From the IMG/VR virus record IMGVR_UViG_3300044653_000098, positions 77,725-141,724 of that record: a DNA stretch of 64,000 bases; one strand, given 5' to 3'. Origin of the DNA: a virus. Of this stretch, positions 56,039 through 64,000 are shown in pieces. Both the position numbers and the translations under genes were made by a program. The notes beneath the pieces were generated by a model. That model was not told the DNA's origin and did not search any database. It was given only the letters and a program-made list of their open reading frames with translations. The number at the start of each line of letters is the position of its first letter. Within the stretch, counting starts at the first letter, position 1.

Positions 56039-56070
56039 GTCTCCACAGGATGTGGACAACCTGTGGACGG
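56039..56070. promoter_or_regulatory. cluster of DnaA-box-like 9-mers
   Basis: TGTGGACAA (reverse complement of TTGTCCACA) flanked by GTCTCCACA and TGTGGACGG. Confidence 0.45.
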
Positions 56071-56076
56071 ATGCAG

Positions 56077-57051
56077 ATGGCTATGAGCCCGGAAGCCTCG
56101 GCGGCGGCCGCACACCGCCTGGCGGCCCAGCTTGGCGTGTCGGTAGCGGCCTCGTTCGGCTCCTACATCCGCCACCTCAGCGACCTGCTGCGCAACAATC
56201 CCCGCCCGGCAAATGAGATCTTCAGCTCTCCTGGCCTGTCCGATGCTCTGACCCGCAGCATCTCCATCGCGCATGCTCAGGCCAGCGCGCTGGTCACCCG
56301 CGCCTGGACCAGCGCCGGAGGCGGCCCGGAGGACTCTCCTGCCCTGGATGTGCTGAGGGGTGAGGTCGCCGTCATGATTGGGGATCTGCGCGGGCAGATC
56401 GAGGGGATCGTGCGCGAGCAGCTGGGCACCCCGGCAGCCGACCCGGTCACCCGGATTACCGACGCCGTCGGGGACGCGGTGCAGTCGGTGGTCACCCGTG
56501 CCCGGATGAGCGTGGAGATGGCGGCCTCTGTCAGCCGGACCGAGGCTGTGATCGCTGAGGGACACCAGCTGCAGCGGCAAGGCCAGCATGTGATGAAGGT
56601 GTGGCGCTCGCGGCTGTCGCGGCGCACCTGCCGGTGGTGCCGCGAGCTGGACGGGGTCATGGTCCCGCTCGATGACGACTTCCCGCACGGCGACCCCGTG
56701 GCGCTGGAGCAGGAGCGGACCCGGAGGGTGGCTACGCCCGCCGGAGCACGCCGCTACCGCCGCAGCATGGGCCAGCCGATCATCTTCACCCACCCGCCGC
56801 GGGTGTGGCTCGGCCGGCTGCCAGGCCCTAAGCGCCACCCGCGGTGTGAGTGCTGGCTGGAGCTGCACATCCTCACCGAGGCCGGGACGCCTCCTCAGCC
56901 GCTGCGCAGTGAGGAGGCGTCCGAGCGCATGTATGTGCGGGCTTCCGACATCGCGGAGCTGCCCGAGCCTCAGTACCTGAGTCTCATGGCGTTCCTGCGT
57001 GCGGCTACGCACGAGCTGGGGCAGGTACTGCGGAGGCTGAAGGGCCTGTGA
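56077..57051 (+). CDS. MuF/SPP1 gp7-like minor head protein (start uncertain)
   Basis: KVWRSR..RTCRWCRELDG..PKRHPRCEC. Confidence 0.75.
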   Translation: MAMSPEASAAAAHRLAAQLGVSVAASFGSYIRHLSDLLRNNPRPANEIFSSPGLSDALTRSISIAHAQASALVTRAWTSAGGGPEDSPALDVLRGEVAVMIGDLRGQIEGIVREQLGTPAADPVTRITDAVGDAVQSVVTRARMSVEMAASVSRTEAVIAEGHQLQRQGQHVMKVWRSRLSRRTCRWCRELDGVMVPLDDDFPHGDPVALEQERTRRVATPAGARRYRRSMGQPIIFTHPPRVWLGRLPGPKRHPRCECWLELHILTEAGTPPQPLRSEEASERMYVRASDIAELPEPQYLSLMAFLRAATHELGQVLRRLKGL

Positions 57052-57269
57052 TGACGCTGCGCTACCGGGCCCATACCCGGCTGCCGTACGCCATGGCGCT
57101 GAGGGATCTGGCCGAGTACGCCCACACTCACCCGGACCCTGACTTCACGTTTGGGCCCATGACGCTGGAGCGCGTGGAGAGCGAAGGCTTGGTCATTTCC
57201 GGACTCGATCTGGAGGGCGTCAAGGCCCTCCTGAGCAGCATTCCTGGTCTGGTCGAGTCGGGAGCCTAG
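57048..57269 (+). CDS. hypothetical protein
   Basis: Coupled to the upstream stop codon. Confidence 0.5.
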   Translation: MMTLRYRAHTRLPYAMALRDLAEYAHTHPDPDFTFGPMTLERVESEGLVISGLDLEGVKALLSSIPGLVESGA

Positions 57270-57300
57270 GTTGACACGTGTCTACCTCACGTGTTAGGTT
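57270..57300 (+). promoter_or_regulatory. host sigma70-type promoter with operator (copy 3)
   Basis: TTGACA-18bp-TAGGTT; GTTGACACGTGTCTAC; ATG 6 nt after -10. Confidence 0.75.
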
Positions 57301-57306
57301 TCTCCC

Positions 57307-58404
57307 ATGACCACGATGCAGAGGCTTCGGCCTAGTCAGGTGCTGGGTGTCCAGGCAGAGCTGCGTGAGCGCCTTGCCCGGCCGAATCCTGCCATGGTCG
57401 AGTGGGTGCAGGGCATGGCTACCGCTATGGGCCGCACTAGCAACGAGCTACGCCAGAGCCTGATGTTCTACCCCTTCGAGCCGTGGCGCGGCGACGAGGA
57501 GGCCGCCCAGTTCCTGCGCTCGCTTGCCCGGGGCCTGTTCTCAGCGCAGACCTACCAGATCACCGAGAAGATGGTTGGGGTCCTGGACAGCGTCTACTGG
57601 AACACTCTCAAGGAAGGCGCGGAGGCAGTAGAGGAAGAGCTGCTGCCGAGCGTGGCCGGGTTCATGTGGTACGACCGTCCAGCCGTCTTGCATGAGCGCA
57701 CAGGCGGGGAGATCAGTCTCCGGGCGATCAGCTGGAGCCCGCAGGTCTTCGTCTATCCCAGGACCGACGCCTACGGGCGGGAGACCGGGCGCACGCTCCG
57801 AGACGGAATCCGGATTCAGTTCTGGGCGCACGCTGACGACCCCACGGACTACCCGGAGGTCATGCAGCAGAACCGTCCCCAGCTTGGTGAGCTGCAGCTC
57901 GACCATTCCGTCTCCCTCGCCTTTGGGGAACGCTACCCCGTCAAGATGACCAGGGATGAAGATGGTGTGCCGGTCGTGGGTGACTCGGTGCTGCACTGGG
58001 CCATGGTCACCTGGATGCTGCTGGACACCGAGATCGCCGGGGAGCACCGGCAGCGGCCCGAGCGCGGCACCCGGATAGCCAAGCAGGTAGCCCGCTCGCT
58101 CAAGCACAATGAGGTCCGGGTCATCACACTGCGCCGGTCCAGCAAGCCCCAGGACTCCGATCACGTGGTGCAGCACCGCGACGTCGACTGGACGTGCTGC
58201 TGGGTGGTGGACGGCTTCTGGCGCCACATCGAGTCTTATGATGAAGACCTGTTCAAGAAAGGCCATCAGGCCAGGACCGACAAGGGCACCCCGGCGCGGT
58301 GCACGGTCTGCGGTGCGAAGATTACCCGGGTGAAATCCCACATCCGCGGCCCGGACTGGAAGCCGTTGCGTAACCCGGACCGGCTGTACCTGCTCAAGCG
58401 GTAA
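57307..58404 (+). CDS. hypothetical protein (moron-like, own promoter)
   Basis: VRVITLRR..WVVDGFWR..SHIRGPDWKPL C-terminal motif. Confidence 0.65.
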   Translation: MTTMQRLRPSQVLGVQAELRERLARPNPAMVEWVQGMATAMGRTSNELRQSLMFYPFEPWRGDEEAAQFLRSLARGLFSAQTYQITEKMVGVLDSVYWNTLKEGAEAVEEELLPSVAGFMWYDRPAVLHERTGGEISLRAISWSPQVFVYPRTDAYGRETGRTLRDGIRIQFWAHADDPTDYPEVMQQNRPQLGELQLDHSVSLAFGERYPVKMTRDEDGVPVVGDSVLHWAMVTWMLLDTEIAGEHRQRPERGTRIAKQVARSLKHNEVRVITLRRSSKPQDSDHVVQHRDVDWTCCWVVDGFWRHIESYDEDLFKKGHQARTDKGTPARCTVCGAKITRVKSHIRGPDWKPLRNPDRLYLLKR

Positions 58405-58555
58405 GCCGGTGCTAGCCTGATAGCTGGTCCCCTGGCTTAGAACCCCAGCGACCGGCACCGAATGCACAGGCAGAGGCCCCAAGTACGCGCCACATAACCC
58501 ACCGGCCGGGCGGCGACCGAAAACGGGGCCTTTGCTGTTTCCCGATGATCTGCGC

Positions 58556-59797
58556 ATGGACCAGGTCATCATCCCGTGCCCGGTTGGCGACGACTACGCC
58601 GAGATCGAGCTGACGCGCGACCGCCGGGCTACCGGCACGGTCTTCCGCAAGCATCTGCTGAACCTCGGCACCCTGCATCACCCGAAGACCGGTGAGCAGC
58701 TGAAGCTGGACGACTCCTGGTACAACCAGCTCAAGACCAACTTCGACAACCAGGTCTGCGACATCGTCCAGGTCCCGCTCGCTGACGCCCAGAACAAGCA
58801 CTCTGAGTACCCCAGAGACAACGTGGGCGAGGTCATCGGGATCGAGCGCGAGGGCGACAAGATCTACAGCCTGGTCGACGTGCGTGATCCTGACGCGGTC
58901 AAGGGCCTGCGGAACAGGACTCTGCTTGGCGCGAGTGCCTTCCTGCACCTGGACTACAAGGACACGCGCACGAACAAGAACGTCGGCCCGACGCTGCTGC
59001 ACCACTGCATCACCAACCGCCCGTACGTCACTGGCCTGGAGGACTACCAGGAGGTCGTGGCTGCCACCGCCGCGGACGACGGTGAGGTGGTCGTGCTGGC
59101 CTCGGCGCCCGATGTCAATTCTGACCCCCCAGCCGATAAGGCACACGACGCAGCGACCCAGGAGGAGCTGTCCATGACCAAGGAAGAGATGCTGGCCGCT
59201 CTCAAGGCCGAGCACGGCATCGACGTTGAGGCTCTCCAGGTCCAGGCGTCCCAGCCCGCTCCCCCGGCAGCACCCCTCGATGAGGGCAAGCTCGTCGCTG
59301 CGTTCACCGCGGCGCTGCAGCAGGCAGCCCCGACGCTGAGCCTGAGCACCACCCAGACCGAGGACGGCGCGCTTCAGCTGTCCGACGTCGTCGGGGCCGT
59401 GGCCGAGCTGGCTGGCCAGCACCGCGTGTTCGGGGACCGGATCGTCGGCCTGGAGCGCGAGCGCGCCGAGCAGGAGATCGACATCTACATCTCCGAGGGG
59501 CGCGTGCTGCCCAAGCAGCGCGAGGCGTACGTGACCATGGCGCTGACCAACCGCGACCAGCTTGAGGTCATGCTCCCGGACAAGGCGATCGTGGCGCTCA
59601 ACGCCCAGAAGGGCACGGGCGGCCGCCCGCAGGGCGAGCAGAAGCAGCAGCTGGACATCGACCAGGAGATCCTGCGCCTGACCGCCGAGAACGCCCAGAT
59701 CTTCGACCCGGAGGCTGCGCGCGACCCGCGCGCCCGCGTGATCGCCGCGAACGCGGCTGCTCAGGCAGCCCAGCTCGCGCTGACCAGCGGCAGCTGA
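58556..59797 (+). CDS. capsid maturation protease/scaffold (Mu gpI-like)
   Basis: NKHSE..NVGEV, GASA, GPTLLHHCITNRPYV, coiled-coil scaffold; CCGAT-N9-ATG. Confidence 0.75.
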   Translation: MDQVIIPCPVGDDYAEIELTRDRRATGTVFRKHLLNLGTLHHPKTGEQLKLDDSWYNQLKTNFDNQVCDIVQVPLADAQNKHSEYPRDNVGEVIGIEREGDKIYSLVDVRDPDAVKGLRNRTLLGASAFLHLDYKDTRTNKNVGPTLLHHCITNRPYVTGLEDYQEVVAATAADDGEVVVLASAPDVNSDPPADKAHDAATQEELSMTKEEMLAALKAEHGIDVEALQVQASQPAPPAAPLDEGKLVAAFTAALQQAAPTLSLSTTQTEDGALQLSDVVGAVAELAGQHRVFGDRIVGLERERAEQEIDIYISEGRVLPKQREAYVTMALTNRDQLEVMLPDKAIVALNAQKGTGGRPQGEQKQQLDIDQEILRLTAENAQIFDPEAARDPRARVIAANAAAQAAQLALTSGS

Positions 59798-59850
59798 GCC
59801 CGTTCCGCCCGACCCGCCCGGCCAACTACGTCTGAGGGAGAGAACTCCAG

Positions 59851-60381
59851 GTGGCCACATACGACAGCTTTGAGTTCGACTACATCCCGGCGTATACGAA
59901 GCCGACGCACGAGTACGGCCAGGAGCTGGGCACCGCCCCGTACGCCAGCCAGTTCCTGGCTCCGGTCGTCCGGGAGCTGCTCAAGAGCTACGCGGCCTTC
60001 ACCCAGAAGGGCGTCACGCTCGCCGGCGGCAACGGCATCCTGCCGACCGGCTGTGTGCTGGCGATGCAGACGGCGAACCAGCTGTACTACCCGTACAACG
60101 CGACGGCCAGCGACGGCACGCAGACCGCGCTGGGCGTGCTGCGCGATGCCCGCGACACCGGCACCTCCTCGGGCTCGGGCACCGGTCAGGTCTCGACGGC
60201 ATGCCTCGGCAACCTGGTCTACCGCGGCATCCTGGACCTCACCCTGGTCTCCGGCACCGACACCACCTCGCTGGTCACCGCAGGAACCGGGACGGGCGGC
60301 GGCATTGGCTCGGGCACCACGGGCGTGGTCACTCAGCTCAAGGCCCGCACCGACACGGTTAATGGCTTGTTCATTTTCTAG
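59851..60381 (+). CDS. head decoration protein (lambda gpD-like)
   Basis: GVTLAGG.GILPTGCVL..YYPYNATASDGTQTALGVL; lies between protease and MCP. Confidence 0.7.
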   Translation: MATYDSFEFDYIPAYTKPTHEYGQELGTAPYASQFLAPVVRELLKSYAAFTQKGVTLAGGNGILPTGCVLAMQTANQLYYPYNATASDGTQTALGVLRDARDTGTSSGSGTGQVSTACLGNLVYRGILDLTLVSGTDTTSLVTAGTGTGGGIGSGTTGVVTQLKARTDTVNGLFIF

Positions 60382-60404
60382 TGTTTTGTCCGTTTTCTCC
60401 GGTT

Positions 60405-60437
60405 GACGGCGGCTCGTGGTTTGCGGGCCGCCGTTTC
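60405..60437 (+). terminator. stem-loop after the decoration gene
   Basis: ACGGCGGCTCGT...GCGGGCCGCCGTTT. Confidence 0.45.
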
Positions 60438-60489
60438 CCGTATAAGAGGGCATGGGGGAAACGAAGTTCTGACTGGGCACCCACCGCAT

Positions 60490-60647
60490 CTACTCCGATA
60501 TGTGGCGGTTGTAATCGCGGAATCATCTGTAAGAACTGCAACGCCATGCTCGGGTTGGCTAATGATGACCCGGACGTTCTGGCCTCGGCTCTTGCCTATC
60601 TCCAGGAGTGGGCTACGGTGATGGCGGACAGGCAGTTGGCTACCTAG
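60490..60647 (+). pseudogene. remnant of an endonuclease VII-type HNH homing endonuclease
   Basis: CNRGIICKNCNAMLGLANDDPDVLASALAYL; N-terminal part absent; lower GC. Confidence 0.6.
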
Positions 60648-60671
60648 CTGTCGGGTCCGAATATGGCAGAG

Positions 60672-60710
60672 CGGGCGCTCCTCCTCGCCGGGGAGGCGCC
60701 CGTTTTGTTG
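60672..60710 (+). terminator. intrinsic terminator
   Basis: CGGGCG-CTCC...GGAG-GCGCCCG-TTTTGTT. Confidence 0.6.
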
Positions 60711-60733
60711 TCTGCGCACGTGGCCCCCGCTGA

Positions 60734-60741
60734 GCCGATAA
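60734..60741 (+). promoter_or_regulatory. sigma-28-type -10 element upstream of the major capsid gene
   Basis: Exact GCCGATAA. Confidence 0.65.
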
Positions 60742-60843
60742 GAGAGATCAGGTCGCGCTCCCCGGAGTCGCTGACGGAAAACTCGACAGCAACTTGAGAG
60801 AGGTCCCGCTGGCGGGGCCGCCCCGAGGAGGTGACGCCCAAAA

Positions 60844-62113
60844 ATGCCCAATATCAGCCTTCTTGAACCGATGGTCCTGAGAGGGGTAGTTTTACCGGGT
60901 TGAGAAATTTACAGTCCCGGAATCTCTCGTAATGCTCAACCGGCTCGACCAGACCCCGTGGCCGTGGCCGTACGCGACGTGGGACGTGATCAAGGGCTCG
61001 CGCATGATGGCAGCGCCCAACGTCCCGAACGCCGAGGCGCACATCGTCTCCCGTCTCGGCCGCAGCCAGGAGACCGCGAGCTTCGTCTACCTGCGCGAGA
61101 AGAAGATCTTCGAGCCGACCACGCTGCACTGGCTGCGCGTGCCTGGCGAGCTGGCCCGGGTCAACGCCGAGCAGAGCGTGCTGCGCGAGGTCAACGACCT
61201 CAACCAGCGCTTTGATAACTTTGCCGAATGGCTGATCTGGCAGGCTATGGGCGGCTCGATCGTCTTCCAGAGCGGCCAGGGCTTCGCTGGCACCTCCGGC
61301 CCGACGGGCCCGAGCGGGATCAGTTCTGGAGCCGGTGACGTTCAGGCGACGGTCGACTTCAAGTTCCCGTCCAGCCACTTCGTCCAGCCCGCGGTCCCGT
61401 GGCTGGCCAACAGCGCGCTGACGTGGGGCACGACCGGCATCGGCGCCAACACGACGCTGAACCAGGCCAACACCAACCTGCAGGCCGGCGGCGGCTCGAT
61501 CTCCTACGCGACTCCCATGGAGATCGTGGAGGACATCCGGTCCTGGAAGCGGATCGTCCAGATCCACGGCCGCGTCCCGGCCACGGAGGTCTTCGCCACC
61601 TCGGTCACCCTCGCTGCGATGTTCGAGGCGTGGGTCCAGGCTGGTCAGGGTTCTACCGTCAACATCCCGGCCACGATGCTCAGCGACCGGATGAAGGATG
61701 AGTATTACTCGTCCGGCACGCTCTCGGGCTTCATGGGCCTGACCTGGAACACCGTCGAGGAAGTCTTCGAGAACACCTCGGGCGTCCTGACGTTCTTCGT
61801 CCCCGACGGCATGCTCTACATGGGCAACTACAGCGACCAGCGGCCGCTGGAGCTGCTGATCGGCCCGACCGCGGACGACGAGGCGCCAGATGGATTCACC
61901 GGCAAGTACGCCAAGACGTGGAAGGAAAAGGACCCGTCGGCGCGGCAGTACCTGCTGGAGTGGAACCTCCTGCCGATCGTGACCCGGCCCGAGCAGATGC
62001 TCGTGGTCGACGGCATCATCGCCAACAACACGACCACGGCTACCTACGCCGGCGGCTCGGGTGGCAGCCTCCAGACCTACCCGTACTACTTCAACCAGAA
62101 CCCGACCGATTGA
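60844..62113 (+). CDS. major capsid protein (lambda gpE-like), requires a 10-nt hop at 60892-60901
   Basis: GAGGAGG SD, ATG 60844 MPNISLLEPMVLRGVV|EKFTVPESLVMLNR...; downstream EWLIWQAM, VDFKFP, WKEKDPS..LP. Confidence 0.85.
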
Positions 62114-62138
62114 CCCAGCATCCGCTGAGCTGCTGGAC

Positions 62139-62176
62139 AAAGGACCCCGGTGTGCAGGGAGGCGCCGGGGTCCTTG
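62139..62176 (+). terminator. terminator after the major capsid gene
   Basis: AAGGACCCCGG...CCGGGGTCCTT. Confidence 0.7.
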
Positions 62177-62191
62177 CGTTGAGGAGGACCC

Positions 62192-62443
62192 GTGCAGGCA
62201 GGCCACACCGACCGGCTGCTGGCGCAGCTCCAGAGCATTGAGGGCCGCCAGCTGATGGTGGGTACCATGCCCGCGAGCGGGCTGGTGGTGCCGCCTGGCG
62301 GGGACATCAGCGTCTCCCCGGACGGCATGATCCTCACCGACGCTGCTGGTGCTCCGCAGTATTACGTCCACTCCAGCGGGATCGTGGTCGGGTACGCCCG
62401 CGCCAAGACCGACGGGAACGGCGACAGCGACAGCCCGGCTTGA
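62192..62443 (+). CDS. hypothetical protein
   Basis: GAGGAGG SD. Confidence 0.5.
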   Translation: MQAGHTDRLLAQLQSIEGRQLMVGTMPASGLVVPPGGDISVSPDGMILTDAAGAPQYYVHSSGIVVGYARAKTDGNGDSDSPA

Positions 62444-62456
62444 CGATGCTCTCCGC

Positions 62457-63170
62457 ATGAGCGGTGTGAGTAAGCGCGGTCAGCTGGTCGACCCGGTCGC
62501 GGTGGCCGGAAAACCTTCAGCTCAGCTGAAGGTTCCTCCCGAGGCTGAGCCGGAACCTTCAGTCCTGGCCTGTGGCTATGGCCACCCGGTCGCTGAGGGC
62601 TCCAAGTTCTGCGGTGAGTGCGGACAGCCGCTCGCCGCCCCCCGCCCGGCGGCTCCGCCTCATGAGCTGCCTATGCACAGTCTCGCCCAGCCGCCCGACC
62701 CCCGGCCCAAGCCAGAGGCCGAGCTGACCGACGAGGAGCGCGCGGAGCGCCAGCGGCAGCACCTGCTGGCCATGGAGGCCGGCCGGCGCGACCCCGGCGT
62801 CCAGTTCGCCAGCCCGCCGCCCAACCGCGAGACGGTGCTCATTCACATGGTGGAGGACGGCCTGACCGCGTTCGGGGTCGTCTGGTTCCGCGGCCAGGAG
62901 CTGGAGATCGAGGTCAACGGGCCGCGGTGGAGCGAGGCCCGCAAGTGGATCCTGCTGGACGACGCACAGCAGATGCTGCGGTGGAAGAAGATCATGTTCC
63001 GCCGGGGGCCGTGGCCCGGCCTCCGCTCCTACCGTGGTGCTCAGTTCATGCCGCTGCGCGCCATGTCCGGCGACGGGGCCCTCGCACCGATCACTCCCGA
63101 TGCGCTCATGCAGGCGGACGCGGCCGAGGCCCGGCGCGGGCGCGGGATTCCCGTGCTGCCGCGGGCGTGA
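62457..63170 (+). CDS. hypothetical late protein with zinc ribbon
   Basis: ACGAT-N9-ATG; CGYGH..KFCGECG; LIHMVEDGLTAFG. Confidence 0.6.
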   Translation: MSGVSKRGQLVDPVAVAGKPSAQLKVPPEAEPEPSVLACGYGHPVAEGSKFCGECGQPLAAPRPAAPPHELPMHSLAQPPDPRPKPEAELTDEERAERQRQHLLAMEAGRRDPGVQFASPPPNRETVLIHMVEDGLTAFGVVWFRGQELEIEVNGPRWSEARKWILLDDAQQMLRWKKIMFRRGPWPGLRSYRGAQFMPLRAMSGDGALAPITPDALMQADAAEARRGRGIPVLPRA

Positions 63171-63187
63171 GTGGGTAATCTCGTACC

Positions 63188-63388
63188 GTGACCGAAGTCG
63201 ATGTTGACGCCGCTGAGGCCAATGCCCGGCAGGTCCGCGGCCGGTCGGTAGCGTGCCCGCCCTGGGATGCTGTTCCGCCCGGATGCGGGCAGCCGGCCGG
63301 AGAGCCGTGCCGGACCCGCAAGGGGGTCGTCACCGCGACGCACGGCTCCCGCTGGGCTGCGTACTACCAGGAGCACCCCGACAGCTGA
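63188..63388 (+). CDS. small zinc-finger protein
   Basis: VACP..CGQPAGEPCRT..H. Confidence 0.5.
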   Translation: MTEVDVDAAEANARQVRGRSVACPPWDAVPPGCGQPAGEPCRTRKGVVTATHGSRWAAYYQEHPDS

Positions 63389-63404
63389 GCCCGATAGTCT
63401 GGGT

Positions 63405-64000
63405 GTGTATGAGGTCCCGACGCTAGATGAGCTGTCCCAGTTTTCCGGGCGCCCGTCGTCGTCCTATACCAGCTTCGCCACCAATGCCCTGATACAGTCC
63501 ACCATCATCTGGACTGCGCTGACCCAGATCACCGACTCCTCGCTGCTGTGCAGCACCGATGACCAGAACCTGGCCCAGTGGGGGATCTGCGCGTACGCCG
63601 ACTACCTCTACCTGCGCCAGCCCTACCAGCAGGTGATCGCGAACCCGCTGCAGAACGAGTCGATCGGGTCGTACTCCTACAGCAAGCCCATGGCAGAGAT
63701 GGCTCGCAACGCCCAGGCCATGGAGGTCCAGAGCGAGACCACGGGCGTCTACCTGTTCGACCTGAGCGTGCGCCTGCTCGCCGTCCGCACCCGCGCCGGC
63801 GGGGTCTTCCACGGCGGGGTCACGCTCTTCGAGCGCACCAGCACCGGGCACCCGGAAGGCTGGAGCGACGGCGACGGGCAGATGGCTGTGCGGTTCGACG
63901 GCGCCGGGATGTTCGTGGACCGCTACGACGGCCGGTGGGTGGTCCGCGGGCCGGACGAGTTCAACCTGGTCGACTGGAACATGATCGACATCAACGCCGA
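63405..64000 (+). CDS. head-to-tail adaptor, truncated by the window edge (not in ORF track)
   Basis: CCGAT-N9-GTG; MYEVPTLDELSQFSGR...NESIGSYSYSK (SPP1 gp15-like motif). Confidence 0.65.
   Translation, partial: MYEVPTLDELSQFSGRPSSSYTSFATNALIQSTIIWTALTQITDSSLLCSTDDQNLAQWGICAYADYLYLRQPYQQVIANPLQNESIGSYSYSKPMAEMARNAQAMEVQSETTGVYLFDLSVRLLAVRTRAGGVFHGGVTLFERTSTGHPEGWSDGDGQMAVRFDGAGMFVDRYDGRWVVRGPDEFNLVDWNMIDINA

Noticed and set aside
60892-60901. Intron or intein explanation for the capsid discontinuity
   Set aside because: The gap is only 10 nt, too short for a self-splicing element
375-63851. Many long minus-strand ORFs (e.g. 49066..51918, 27737..29503, 60854..62458)
   Set aside because: They are antisense shadows of high-GC plus-strand genes, with no recognisable motifs or translation signals

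Overview
This high-GC window is a contiguous, essentially all plus-strand segment of a large tailed actinophage genome. The host is probably a filamentous actinomycete, which is an inference. Gene order: (1) 0.4-36 kb, replication, recombination and regulation (SNF2 ATPase, two sigma-like factors, split C5 DNA methyltransferase, DnaB, family A DNA polymerase, beta clamp with DnaX/HolA/HolB-like clamp loader, SSB-like protein, RuvC, RecA, split SbcC with SbcD, an embedded GH25 endolysin, and a radical SAM enzyme); (2) 36-41.3 kb, a nucleotide-sugar and glycosyltransferase cluster; (3) 41.6-46.1 kb, about 36 tRNA genes plus structured RNAs; (4) 46.3-64 kb, the head module (terminase, portal, MuF-like protein, protease/scaffold, decoration protein, major capsid protein, adaptor). 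The strongest candidate system is a tRNA-sensing translational control network. Both the major capsid and portal genes are broken exactly at a rare TTA codon, in a geometry suited to ribosomal bypassing (capsid: GTT-TTA-CCG-G-GTT, a 10-nt hop between matched codons). The phage carries its own aberrant tRNA-Leu(UAA), overlapped by a TTA-containing mini-ORF. The main tRNA array sits behind a leader peptide with terminator/antiterminator alternatives. Also notable: 12 tRNAs with C33 in place of U33, a circularly permuted tRNA-like (YrlA-like) RNA, three promoter classes with leaderless starts, and a PolA with a DnaE-like C-terminal domain. All calls were made by eye from motifs; no database searches were run.
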